The notes under the pieces: model-generated
What the model was told of the DNA's origin: nothing
The model's input: only the letters and a program-made list of their open reading frames with translations
The model's database searches: none
Shown here: positions 27,079 to 36,443 of the stretch, in pieces
How the letters are laid out: every line of letters begins with the position of its first letter
How positions within the stretch are numbered: the stretch's first letter is position 1
DNA from: an uncultured Bacteroidales bacterium
Lineage (GTDB): Bacteria; Bacteroidota; Bacteroidia; Bacteroidales; P3
NCBI GenBank assembly: GCA_900319865.1
Contig: ONQD01000009.1
Location: 10,590 to 74,589, forward strand
Direction: 5' to 3'
Length of the DNA: 64,000 nucleotides
Made by a program: the position numbers and the translations under genes

Positions 27079-27885
27079 ATGAAGCGACTGCTGATAGTGC
27101 TATTCTGCTTTGCAGGAATGACCTATGCCCAACTTCCGGTGATGGAAAGGCTGGGGGACTGGATGGCAGACAGCATAACGTTGAGGGGGAGCCTGCAAGG
27201 AATGGCTTTATATGAGGATAGGGCCGTATTGCTGCGGCACAACGGGCAATGCCTCATACTGGATATGAATGGGCAACAGCTGTTGGCTCATTATCAACTG
27301 AGCGGAAACCACTCACATTGCAACAACGCTTCATTCTCGAACACAATAATGGAAGGGGACAAATATCCCCTTCTTTATGTATCGGAATGCTTCGGAGATA
27401 AAACCTGCTTCGTGACCCGAATTAGTGACACTGGGTCTACTATAGTTCAGCGGATTTATTATGTAAGTAACTGTTTCCCTGTTGCACAGGACTGGTGCCT
27501 GGACAGGGAGAACGGGTTTCTGTATGCCTTCGGGGGTAAGAAATACGGCACGATGTATCTGAAAAAATTCAGGATACCCGAGTTGGGCGACAGCGTTGTA
27601 AAGCTGTATGACAAAGATGTGCTGAAAACAATTGCATTCGACTGTGTGAAGGTAGCTCAGGGAAGCAAGATTGAGGGCGGATTTGCATATCTTCCGGATG
27701 GAGAAGATGAGGGCGGTTATTGGCTGCACGTACTGGACTTGGAGACAGGGAAAGAGGTGAGAAGGATTGATTTGAACACTATAGGACTGGAGCCAGAAGG
27801 TATTGACATAAAGGATGGATGGATTTATGTGGGGTTCAACACGAAAGAAAAAAAAGACAACAAGATATACAAATTTGAGCAATAG
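27079..27885 (+). CDS. Secreted hypothetical protein
   Basis: Signal peptide MKRLLIVLFCFAGMTYAQ. 268 aa and beta-rich. No family recognised. Confidence 0.5.
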   Translation: MKRLLIVLFCFAGMTYAQLPVMERLGDWMADSITLRGSLQGMALYEDRAVLLRHNGQCLILDMNGQQLLAHYQLSGNHSHCNNASFSNTIMEGDKYPLLYVSECFGDKTCFVTRISDTGSTIVQRIYYVSNCFPVAQDWCLDRENGFLYAFGGKKYGTMYLKKFRIPELGDSVVKLYDKDVLKTIAFDCVKVAQGSKIEGGFAYLPDGEDEGGYWLHVLDLETGKEVRRIDLNTIGLEPEGIDIKDGWIYVGFNTKEKKDNKIYKFEQ

Positions 27886-27899
27886 CGACAACAAAGATT

Positions 27900-28535
27900 A
27901 TGGCAGACAACTATTTGGAGAAACGATATGAGGAGACTCTCGGAGCCGGGCACGTAAGAGTGAAACGCGTGGGACATACGCTGGACGAGCTGATACTACG
28001 CAACAGAAGCTACAGAGGTTATCTGCAAGACTATGTGGTCAAGAAGGAGGAGCTGGAACGAATTGTTGGAGTGTGCAATAAAATACCCTCTGCCCGAAAC
28101 CAGCAGGTGCTGAGATTCAGACTTATCACCAAAGGAGATGGGTCGGAAAAGATATTGAAGAACATAAAGTTAGGGGCGGCTCTACCAGAACTGCATCTGC
28201 CACTGCCCGGCACTGAGCCGGAAGCGTTTATAGTGATATGTAGCACTGTGGAGCCGAACGCAATGGTGTGGGTGGACTTGGGCATAGCAATTCAGAGCAT
28301 GCTGCTCAAGGCTGCCGAAATGGGGCTGAACGGAATTACGATTGGTGCATTCAACAAGGCGGAGATAACCACGGAATTGGAACTGCCTTACCAGCCTTTG
28401 ATGATAATTGCTATAGGCAAAGGCGTTGAGAAAATACAATTAACACCAATCTCGCCGGAAGAAAGCCATGCTTATTTCCGCGAGGACGGGATACACTACG
28501 TACCAAAAATAAAGATAAAGGACTTGATTGTTTAA
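27900..28535 (+). CDS. Nitroreductase-family protein
   Basis: MADNYLEKRYEE...RRSYRGY N-terminus and PSARNQQ motif. 211 aa. Confidence 0.75.
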   Translation: MADNYLEKRYEETLGAGHVRVKRVGHTLDELILRNRSYRGYLQDYVVKKEELERIVGVCNKIPSARNQQVLRFRLITKGDGSEKILKNIKLGAALPELHLPLPGTEPEAFIVICSTVEPNAMVWVDLGIAIQSMLLKAAEMGLNGITIGAFNKAEITTELELPYQPLMIIAIGKGVEKIQLTPISPEESHAYFREDGIHYVPKIKIKDLIV

Positions 28536-28882
28536 TCCATATCGGTCATTGGGGTTTGTGCCAGATTAGAATTTGTTTCGAGCTGATTGGTCTCATCGAT
28601 GGCGAAGTCGTAGCGGGCTACGGCGAGACAGGAATGTGGACAAGATGCCGAAAGAAATGCTGATATGGAATAAAGAGACCTGAAAAGGCGAGAAAAGGCA
28701 GGCTCTAGTTTTAATTTTATAGCTTCGAAGAGGCTGAATATCAATAACACCGTATAAGCGAAGCGCAGTGCGGTGACAGAATATTCTCACTGCTGGCGTC
28801 CCGAAGGGACGCGACAAGGAGAAGGTTTTAAATGTTGTACTAGAGCGAAAATATAAAAGTCGTCCTAATGACTGATTGGGCT

Positions 28883-29419
28883 TTATTCATCGAGTTGCTC
28901 GGGAGAAATGGCCTGGAGGACATCTTGTTCGACACTAACAACAAGACTGATATTTAATTTCCGGATATCGATGGAGAAATTACCGTCCTTGCAGTCCTTG
29001 ACAATGGTGCCTTTCATACCTTTGAGATAGCCTGCAATAATCTGGACCGGAGTTCCTTTGTGAAGCTGGTCGGTGTTGTGGACATAAACAGACTCCATAG
29101 AATCGGCCAGACGGCGGAGGCTGTCTATCTCGCTTTGCCGGATAATAGCAATGCCAGTACTGGGGAATGAAACAAAACCACAAATACCCTTTACATCCCG
29201 TACACGCCAAATATCACGTTCACACATCTTAATGAATGTGTAAGACGGGATTAGGGGGACTTCAACACTTTTCATTCGGTCGGACCACTTACGCAGAACA
29301 CGGTGGAGCGGCAGATATGTCTCCAAATGAAGGTCGGCAGCAATACGGTCGGTAACCATCTTCTCGGCACGGGGAGAAGTGTAGGCGGCTACCCATTGAG
29401 GTTGATTAGTTAATGACAT
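28883..29419 (-). CDS. UpxY-family (NusG-paralog) transcription antiterminator
   Basis: NGN domain WVAAYTSPRAEKMVTDRI...LPLHRVLRKWSDRMKSVEVPLIPSYTFI. KOW-like GTPVQIIAGYLKGMKGTIVK. Start set at MSLTNQPQW (29419). Confidence 0.8.
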   Translation of the reverse strand: MSLTNQPQWVAAYTSPRAEKMVTDRIAADLHLETYLPLHRVLRKWSDRMKSVEVPLIPSYTFIKMCERDIWRVRDVKGICGFVSFPSTGIAIIRQSEIDSLRRLADSMESVYVHNTDQLHKGTPVQIIAGYLKGMKGTIVKDCKDGNFSIDIRKLNISLVVSVEQDVLQAISPEQLDE

Positions 29420-29420
29420 A

Positions 29421-29453
29421 AACAAAAACAAAGCCCCCATGGTGGGGGCTTTG
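29421..29453 (-). terminator. Intrinsic terminator after hydC
   Basis: CAAAGCCCCC-ACCAT-GGGGGCTTTG forms a perfect 10-bp G/C-rich stem at 29429-29453. It is followed on the minus strand by TTTTTGTT (29428-29421). Confidence 0.75.
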
Positions 29454-29468
29454 CTATTAATTAGGTGA

Positions 29469-29948
29469 TTAGTCGTTGTACTCGGCAATGATACCAGGCA
29501 CCTTGTCGGGAGTGAGGCGGCCGTACACCTTATCGCCAATCATGGCAACAGGAGCCAGACCACAAGCACCAACGCAACGGAGGGTATTCAGTGAGAATTT
29601 GCCGTCGGCAGTGCACTTGCCAACCTCGACATTGAGTGCACGTCTGAAAGCATCAAGAACCTTCTCGGCACCACGCACATAGCAAGCAGTACCCAAGCAG
29701 ATGTCGATGGGGTGTTTGCCCTTAGGTTCCATGGTGAAGAAACTATAGAAAGAAACGATGCCATAAACGCGTGAAACGGGGATATTGAGCTCGTGAGCCA
29801 CAACTTCCTGAACCTCGGCGGGCAGATAGCCGAATTTGCCCTGAACTTGGTGAAGAACATTGATTACTTCGCCAGGTTTATTACCAAAGGACTTGGCAAT
29901 GTCTTTGATAACATTGATTTTCTCTTCGGATAATTTAATGTTTGCCAT
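29469..29948 (-). CDS. hydC: [FeFe] hydrogenase NuoE-like 2Fe-2S subunit (HydC/HndA)
   Basis: Thioredoxin-like 2Fe-2S cysteines: IDICLGTACYVRG ... LRCVGACGLAPV. Start set at MANIKLSEEK (29948). Confidence 0.85.
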   Translation of the reverse strand: MANIKLSEEKINVIKDIAKSFGNKPGEVINVLHQVQGKFGYLPAEVQEVVAHELNIPVSRVYGIVSFYSFFTMEPKGKHPIDICLGTACYVRGAEKVLDAFRRALNVEVGKCTADGKFSLNTLRCVGACGLAPVAMIGDKVYGRLTPDKVPGIIAEYND

Positions 29949-30014
29949 TTTATTCTTTGTTTGGTCAGCTGAGGGAGAAGAGAGAGTTCCCGTCTCCCTC
30001 ACACTGATAATTAC

Positions 30015-31781
30015 TTATTTTGTTGTTTCGATTTTGTCTGAGCGGTCGAAATAGTGGGTATGCAACTGCTCGTGGCTGAGGTGGCCGCAAGGTTCGCCAT
30101 AGTACTCCTTGTAGATAGCGATGATATCGGGGTTCTCGTGGCTCTTACGGATGGGTTTGCCTACGTCTTCGCGATAGATGGCTTCCATACGTTTGCGGAT
30201 GATGTTGCTGTCGCCGTGGTGATAGGGCTGACCAGCACCGCCGATGCAACCACCGGGGCAAGCCATGACCTCAACGAAATGATAGCCATTGGGATTGCCT
30301 TCGCGGACCTGTTCCATGAGTTTGCGGGCATTGCCAAGGCTGTAAGCCACAGCAATCTTCAAGGGGAAGCCATCAAAGTCGATGGTAGCTTCCTTGATAC
30401 CTTCGAAACCACGGGTTTCTTCGAAATCGATCTTGGGAAGAGTCTTGCCTGTGTGGAGTTCGTAGGCGGTACGCAAAGCAGCTTCCATAACACCGCCGGT
30501 AGCACCAAAGATGACACCGGCACCAGTGGACTGACCCAGAGGATTGTCGAAGTCCTCTTCGGGCATGTCGTTGAGGTTGAGGTTGCACTGACGGATCATG
30601 TGAGCCAACTCACGGGTGCTGAGCACGAAGTTGACATCGGGATCTCCGTTTACGCTGAGTTCCTCACGTGCACGCTCACTCTTCTTGGCGAGGCAGGGCA
30701 TGATGGAAACCACAACGAGGTCTTCGCGTTTCACACCCAGCTTGGGGGCGAGATAGTTCTTGGCAACAGCGCCGAACATTCCTTGAGGAGACTTGGCGGT
30801 TGAGGGGTACTGCAACAGGTCGGGGAAGTTCTTCTCGTAGAAAGCAACCCAAGCGGGGCAGCAAGAAGTAAACATAGGCAGAGCCACTTTTTCGCCCTTG
30901 AGAGCCTTGCCCAGACGCTGGAGAAGCTCGGTTCCCTCTTCCATAATGGTGAGGTCGGCGCTCCAGTCGGTGTCAAACACCTTGTCGAATCCCAGACGAC
31001 GGAGAGCGGCAGCCATCTTACCGGTAACAATCTCACCAGGTTTCATGCCAAACTCCTCACCGAGAGCCACGCGGACTGCGGGAGCGGTCTGAACAACAAC
31101 TTTCTTGGTAGGATCGGCAATGGCTTTGAGCACATCGCTGATGTTGTCGACCAGGGTAAGAGCTCCGACGGGGCATACCTGGACGCACTGGCCGCAGTTG
31201 ATGCAGCTGCTGTCACCGAGGTTCTGCTCGAAAGCGGGAGCAACCACAGCCTGGAAGCCACGGTTCACACCACTCAGAGCACCAGCGGTCTGGAACTTGT
31301 TGCACATGGTTTCGCAACGACGGCACATAACACACTTGTCCATGTCGCGGTAAACGCTGAGCGTGCTATCCTTACGGTAGGAAGACTGGGCACCTTTGAA
31401 AGGAATTTCCTTAATACCCAGGCGTTTGGTCAAAGACTGAAGCTCGCAGTCGCCATTCTTCTCGCACTGGAGACAGTCGTTGGGGTGGTCGGAGAGGATA
31501 AGTTCAACCACAGTTTTGCGAGCGTTGATTACGCGGGCATTGTGGGTGAATACTTCCATGCCTTCCATGCAGTCGGTGGCGCAAGCGGGGGCAAGATTTC
31601 TGCGACCCTTGACTTCCACGACACACACGCGGCATCCGCCAGGTTTATTTTCAAATTTCATCCCATCAAGCTCAAAATAGCAAAGAGTAGGGATATCGAT
31701 ACCGGCCATGCGGGCAGCTTTAAGGATGGTGGTGCCTTCGGGAACTTGAACCGGTTTATTATCTATTGTGAGATTAATCAT
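30015..31781 (-). CDS. hydA: [FeFe] hydrogenase catalytic subunit (HydA/HndD)
   Basis: N-terminal 2Fe-2S and 4Fe-4S domains. H-cluster motifs FTSCCPAW, MPCLAKKSE and VMACPGGCIGGAGQP. Confidence 0.92.
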   Translation of the reverse strand: MINLTIDNKPVQVPEGTTILKAARMAGIDIPTLCYFELDGMKFENKPGGCRVCVVEVKGRRNLAPACATDCMEGMEVFTHNARVINARKTVVELILSDHPNDCLQCEKNGDCELQSLTKRLGIKEIPFKGAQSSYRKDSTLSVYRDMDKCVMCRRCETMCNKFQTAGALSGVNRGFQAVVAPAFEQNLGDSSCINCGQCVQVCPVGALTLVDNISDVLKAIADPTKKVVVQTAPAVRVALGEEFGMKPGEIVTGKMAAALRRLGFDKVFDTDWSADLTIMEEGTELLQRLGKALKGEKVALPMFTSCCPAWVAFYEKNFPDLLQYPSTAKSPQGMFGAVAKNYLAPKLGVKREDLVVVSIMPCLAKKSERAREELSVNGDPDVNFVLSTRELAHMIRQCNLNLNDMPEEDFDNPLGQSTGAGVIFGATGGVMEAALRTAYELHTGKTLPKIDFEETRGFEGIKEATIDFDGFPLKIAVAYSLGNARKLMEQVREGNPNGYHFVEVMACPGGCIGGAGQPYHHGDSNIIRKRMEAIYREDVGKPIRKSHENPDIIAIYKEYYGEPCGHLSHEQLHTHYFDRSDKIETTK

Positions 31782-31817
31782 ATTAATGTCTACTTTTAAA
31801 TATTAATTTATACCGTA

Positions 31818-33632
31818 TTACTGAACAGAAATGGCACCAAACTTACAATTGTTGATACATGCACCGCACTTGATGCACTTGGTGCTATCGATAACCATCG
31901 AAGCAAGCTTGTGACCGGGAGCGGTGTAGTCGGTACGGGAAATGGCCTCCACGGGGCAGCCCTTGGCGCACTTGCCACAGCCGATACATTTCTCGCGATC
32001 GATAGCATAGCTCATCAGTTTCTTGCAGACGCCTGCACGACATTTCTTGTCCACCACGTGCTCCACATACTCATCCCAGAAGTTGTCGAGAGTTGACAGA
32101 ACGGGGTTAGGCGAGGTCTGACCAAGTCCGCAAAGGGCAGTATCCTTAATGACGGCTGCGAGGTTGCGGAGTTCTTCCAGGTCTTCCATTGTTCCGTTAC
32201 CATTGGTAATCTTCTCAAGAATTTCGCAGAGGCGTTTGTTACCGATACGGCAGGGAGAGCACTTACCGCAGCTCTCCTCGCAGGTGAACTCAAGGTAGAA
32301 CTTGGCGATAGCGGGCATACAGCTGGTCTCGTCCATAACAACCATACCGCCGGAACCCATCATAGAGCCTGCAGCAACAAGGCTATCATAATCGATAGCA
32401 GTGTCAAGGTGCTTGGCAGTCAAGCATCCGCCAGAAGGACCACCGGTCTGAACAGCTTTAAACTGACGGCCATCCTTAATGCCACCGCCGATTTCGTAAA
32501 TAATCTCACGGAGGGTGATGCCCATGGGAACCTCAATCAGACCCACATTGTTAATCTGACCGGCCAAAGCAAACACTTTGGTACCCTTGGATTTCTCTGT
32601 ACCGATTTTGCTAAACCACTCGGCACCCTTGGTGATAATAACAGGCACATTGGCAAAAGTCTCAACGTTGTTCACGTTGGAGGGTTTGCCCATATAACCG
32701 CTCACAGCAGGGAATGGGGGTTTCAGTGTGGGCTCACCACGCTGACCTTCCATAGAATGGATCAGAGCAGTCTCCTCACCGCAGACGAAAGCACCTGCAC
32801 CATAGCGGAGCTCAATGTCGAAGTTGAATCCGGTGCCCAGGATATCGTCGCCCAGCAAACCGTATTCGCGAGCCTGTTTGATTGCAATTTTCAGACGCTC
32901 GATGGCCAGAGGATACTCAGCACGGATATAAACCAAACCCTTGCTGGCACCAATTGCATAACCGCAGATGGCCATAGCCTCAACGATGCTGTTGGGGTCA
33001 CCTTCCAGGATAGAACGGTCCATGAAAGCGCCGGGGTCGCCCTCGTCAGCATTGCAGATTACATACTTCTGGTCAGCCTTGTTCTTGGCGCAGAGTTCCC
33101 ATTTCAAACCAGTGGGGAAACCGGCACCGCCACGGCCGCGCAGGCCGGAAGCCTTCATCTCGGCAATCACCTGCTCGGGGGTCATCTCGGTCAAGCACTT
33201 TGCCAATGCCTCGTAGCCACCACGGGAGATGCTCTCTTCAATATTCTCAGGATCCACAAAACCGCAGTTACGCAGAGCAATACGAATCTGTTTTTTGTAG
33301 AAATCCATGTGACGGGAGTCGCTCACATGCTCCTTGTTCTCAGGATTCATATAGAGCAGCTCGGGCACCTTACGACCTTTTACCAAATGTTCCTCAACAA
33401 TACGACGGACATCCTCGGGTTTTACCTGAGTGTAGAAAGTATTGTCGGGCATAATCTTAACGATAGGACCTTTCTCGCAGAAACCGAAGCAACCGGTCTT
33501 AATCACCTGCACCTCGTCCTGAAGGTTCTTCTCCTTAAGAATATTCTTGAAGTTTTCGATAATATCCAGGCTTTTGCTGGATTTGCATCCAGTACCGCCA
33601 CAGATGAGAACGTGCATTTTAAATTTTGCCAT
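31818..33632 (-). CDS. hydB: [FeFe] hydrogenase NuoF-like flavoprotein subunit (HydB/HndC)
   Basis: GRGGAGFPTGLKW FMN/NADH site, ESCGKCSPCR N3-type cluster, and two C-terminal ferredoxin CxxCxxCxxxC motifs. Confidence 0.92.
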   Translation of the reverse strand: MAKFKMHVLICGGTGCKSSKSLDIIENFKNILKEKNLQDEVQVIKTGCFGFCEKGPIVKIMPDNTFYTQVKPEDVRRIVEEHLVKGRKVPELLYMNPENKEHVSDSRHMDFYKKQIRIALRNCGFVDPENIEESISRGGYEALAKCLTEMTPEQVIAEMKASGLRGRGGAGFPTGLKWELCAKNKADQKYVICNADEGDPGAFMDRSILEGDPNSIVEAMAICGYAIGASKGLVYIRAEYPLAIERLKIAIKQAREYGLLGDDILGTGFNFDIELRYGAGAFVCGEETALIHSMEGQRGEPTLKPPFPAVSGYMGKPSNVNNVETFANVPVIITKGAEWFSKIGTEKSKGTKVFALAGQINNVGLIEVPMGITLREIIYEIGGGIKDGRQFKAVQTGGPSGGCLTAKHLDTAIDYDSLVAAGSMMGSGGMVVMDETSCMPAIAKFYLEFTCEESCGKCSPCRIGNKRLCEILEKITNGNGTMEDLEELRNLAAVIKDTALCGLGQTSPNPVLSTLDNFWDEYVEHVVDKKCRAGVCKKLMSYAIDREKCIGCGKCAKGCPVEAISRTDYTAPGHKLASMVIDSTKCIKCGACINNCKFGAISVQ

Positions 33633-33651
33633 ACGTAAGTCCTCCGTTTTT

Positions 33652-34047
33652 TTACTTATCGATAGTTTCGTAATTTACAGGAATGATACCCTCTACCAAT
33701 TCGCCATTCATGACATATTTCGTCAGAATCTCGTCTGCGCGGTCATTGTCAACGTGGCCAAAAACGATGGGATCTTTTCCGGGAACGCGAACTTCCAGAG
33801 TGGGCTCTGCGTGGCAATAGCCCATGCAGCCTGTCTGGGTGAAAACGGCGGGAATCTTAAGCTCTTCAGCCTTCGCCATCATGTGTTCCATAACTTGCTT
33901 GGCACCAGCAGCAATACCGCATGTGGCCATAGCGATTTTGATTTGCACAAGCGACTCAGGATGCTCCGCTTTCTCACGGATATCCAGACTCGACTGAAGC
34001 TTCTCTCTCATTGCTTTGAGGTCAGCTAATGATTTTACTTTTGTCAT
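33652..34047 (-). CDS. Thioredoxin-like 2Fe-2S ferredoxin (HndB-like)
   Basis: 131 aa. IAMATCGIAAGAK ... TGCMGYCHAEPTLEV. First gene of the hydrogenase operon. Confidence 0.7.
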   Translation of the reverse strand: MTKVKSLADLKAMREKLQSSLDIREKAEHPESLVQIKIAMATCGIAAGAKQVMEHMMAKAEELKIPAVFTQTGCMGYCHAEPTLEVRVPGKDPIVFGHVDNDRADEILTKYVMNGELVEGIIPVNYETIDK

Positions 34048-34149
34048 GTGAAAACTCCTTATTTTTGGATAAATTGGGATTAATATATTATTTTTACTGT
34101 ATTAATTATTAATTGTTTCCATTATAACTTACCTACAATAGGCAACATG

Positions 34150-34157
34150 CAAAGATA
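34150..34157 (-). promoter_or_regulatory. -7 box TAtcTTTG for the hydrogenase operon
   Basis: Exact TAnnTTTG on the minus strand, about 100 nt upstream of the ATG at 34047. Confidence 0.45.
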
Positions 34158-34227
34158 CACATTTTATTCATATATACAACAATTCATGCAAAATATTTTT
34201 TTACATTTATCGTTACCCCTTCCAAGT

Positions 34228-36153
34228 ATGACCGATTACAACCCTATATCCAGCTTACAAAAGCAGATAGATCTCCTCCGCATGGAGATGGAATACGAGC
34301 GGCAAAACCACGCCCTCACCCTCGCTACCAAACACTTGGACAATCACATCCAAGAGTCCGACTGTCGCTACCCCGTTTCAATCGGCAACAGTGAGTACAA
34401 CGCCCTCGACCAACTCATCTTAACTATCCGCTACGAAATCTCCGAGGACTCCGCCGACACCGATTTCGAACCCGGCAAACCCCTTCGCCTCTTCTTCCTC
34501 GACAACGACAGCCACATCCACGAACTCCCACACCTCTGCTTCATCGAACAGGTGGGTTATGGCGTGCTCGAAATTGCCGTCCCCGGCCAATCGGCACTCA
34601 TGTCCATCCGCTCCATTGCGCAATCCCGACTTCTGGGCATCCAACTCTCCATCGACACCACCAGCTACGAAGTCATGTTCGATGCCCTCAGCAGCGCCAT
34701 CCGGTCCGACGACGAGAAATTCATCCACCTCCGCAACACCCTCATAGGCCCCCTCCACCCCACCTTCCTACACCTCCCCCCGCTCTCCTTACCTTGGCTC
34801 AACAGCAGCCAGCAGTCGGCTGTCCAAAAGGCTGTGGAATGCCGTGAAGTAGCCATCATCCACGGTCCTCCGGGAACCGGGAAGACCACCACCCTGGTCG
34901 AAGCCATCATCGAGACCCTTCAACGCGAAACCCAAGTCCTGGTTTGCGCCCCCAGCAACGCCGCCGTCGACTGGATTAGTGAGCAACTCTCAAAACGCTG
35001 CGTCAACGTGTTGCGCATCGGCAACCCCGTCCGCATCAGCAACGAAATGCTCGACTGCAGCTACGAGCGCCGTTTCGCCGCCCACCCCGACTACCCCGAG
35101 TTGTGGAGCATCCGCAAAGTGCTCCGCGACAACCGCAATGCCGACTCCTCAAGCCGCGAATCGAAGAAACGGCTATCCAACCTTCGCGACCGTGCAACAC
35201 AACTCGAAATCCACATCCAGCAAGACCTCTTCAATCAAGCCCGTGTAGTTGCTTGCACCCTCATCGGAAGCGCCAACTTCATCCTCAACCGTCGACGTTT
35301 CTCCACCCTCTTCATCGACGAAGCCGCACAAGCCCTCGAGCCCGCCTGCTGGGCAGCAATTCTCAAAGCCGACCGCGTCATCTTCAGCGGTGACCACTGC
35401 CAGCTTCCTCCCACCGTAAAATGCATCGATGCCGCCCATGGAGGCCTCGACATCACTCTCATGCAAAAGGTGGCTAAAAGCAAACCCGAATGCGTCTCCC
35501 TCCTCACCACACAATACCGCATGCACCGCGACATTATGTCCTTCTCTTCCCAATGGTTCTACCACGGCATGCTCAACGCCGCTCCCGAAGTGGCCGACCG
35601 TCTCATCTCCCCTCTCGACACCCCCCTCACCTGGATCGATACCTCCCGATGCAACTACTCCGAAAAAGAAAGCCGCACCCTCAGCCGCTCCAACTCCGAC
35701 GAAGCCCGCATGCTCATCCACATCCTCCGCGACTACATCGACATGATAGGCCTCTCCCGCATCCACGACGAACGCGTCGATTTCGGCATCATCTCCCCCT
35801 ATCGGGCACAAGTACGCCTCATCCGCAAACTCCTCAAATGGCAAAAGTTCTTCCGCTCCCTTCGCCAGCAAATCACTGTCAACAGTGTCGACGGTTTCCA
35901 AGGACAGGAACGCGATGTTATCATCCTCAGCATGGTACGCGACAACGACCAAGGCTCCATCGGCTTCCTCCGCGACCTACGACGCATGAATGTCGCCATT
36001 ACTCGCGCCCGAATGAAACTCATCGTTGTCGGCAATGCCGAAACGCTCTCCCGACACCGTTTCTACGCCCAACTCATAGAGCACTTCCAAGCCCACGGCG
36101 ACTTCATCACACTCCCGCCCCCCGATGCCGACGAACCCCCTTCTCAGTCTTGA
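34228..36153 (+). CDS. SF1 helicase of the Upf1/DNA2/IGHMBP2-like family
   Basis: GPPGTGKT (Walker A), LFIDEAAQ (motif II), VDGFQGQERDVIILS, MNVAITRAR. Start chosen at MTDYNPIS. The ORF-track start is 34147. Confidence 0.8.
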   Translation: MTDYNPISSLQKQIDLLRMEMEYERQNHALTLATKHLDNHIQESDCRYPVSIGNSEYNALDQLILTIRYEISEDSADTDFEPGKPLRLFFLDNDSHIHELPHLCFIEQVGYGVLEIAVPGQSALMSIRSIAQSRLLGIQLSIDTTSYEVMFDALSSAIRSDDEKFIHLRNTLIGPLHPTFLHLPPLSLPWLNSSQQSAVQKAVECREVAIIHGPPGTGKTTTLVEAIIETLQRETQVLVCAPSNAAVDWISEQLSKRCVNVLRIGNPVRISNEMLDCSYERRFAAHPDYPELWSIRKVLRDNRNADSSSRESKKRLSNLRDRATQLEIHIQQDLFNQARVVACTLIGSANFILNRRRFSTLFIDEAAQALEPACWAAILKADRVIFSGDHCQLPPTVKCIDAAHGGLDITLMQKVAKSKPECVSLLTTQYRMHRDIMSFSSQWFYHGMLNAAPEVADRLISPLDTPLTWIDTSRCNYSEKESRTLSRSNSDEARMLIHILRDYIDMIGLSRIHDERVDFGIISPYRAQVRLIRKLLKWQKFFRSLRQQITVNSVDGFQGQERDVIILSMVRDNDQGSIGFLRDLRRMNVAITRARMKLIVVGNAETLSRHRFYAQLIEHFQAHGDFITLPPPDADEPPSQS

Positions 36154-36360
36154 CGGCAATTTCCTCCCCCACCATCATCTTCCAACCCAGAAACATTAAG
36201 GAACACACGGCTTCCTGTCCCAGTGTTCCTTTCTTCTTTCATGCCATCATCCGACACCCAAACGCCATCCTCCATTCAACCCCTCATCCACCCTTCTGCC
36301 AGCCCTCCCAATCACTACACTTGCAAATGTTAAAAATTTGGTCGTCTCATTTTTTGTTTG

Positions 36361-36368
36361 TACATTTG
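36361..36368 (+). promoter_or_regulatory. -7 box TAcaTTTG upstream of the DUF5020-like/permease pair
   Basis: Exact TAnnTTTG 76 nt upstream of the ATG at 36444. Confidence 0.45.
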
Positions 36369-36443
36369 CAGTGTCGTTTAGCTAATAGTAAATGTTAATT
36401 CATTAATATAATTCAATTATTATCAACTAAAAAAAGTACCATC

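Noticed and set aside
32409-33638. 409-aa plus-strand ORF antisense to hydB
   Set aside because: It overlaps a NuoF-like gene with intact cofactor motifs. No motif was found in the antisense product.
35490-36398. 302-aa Pro/His/Arg-rich ORF
   Set aside because: It is an alternative frame of the helicase gene that continues into the G-depleted spacer. The composition is a compositional artefact.
36369-36443. Purine riboswitch upstream of the Tsx-like/permease pair
   Set aside because: The leader is AT-rich and lacks the conserved purine-riboswitch loops (no TATAATCGCG...CCGTAAAT-type core).
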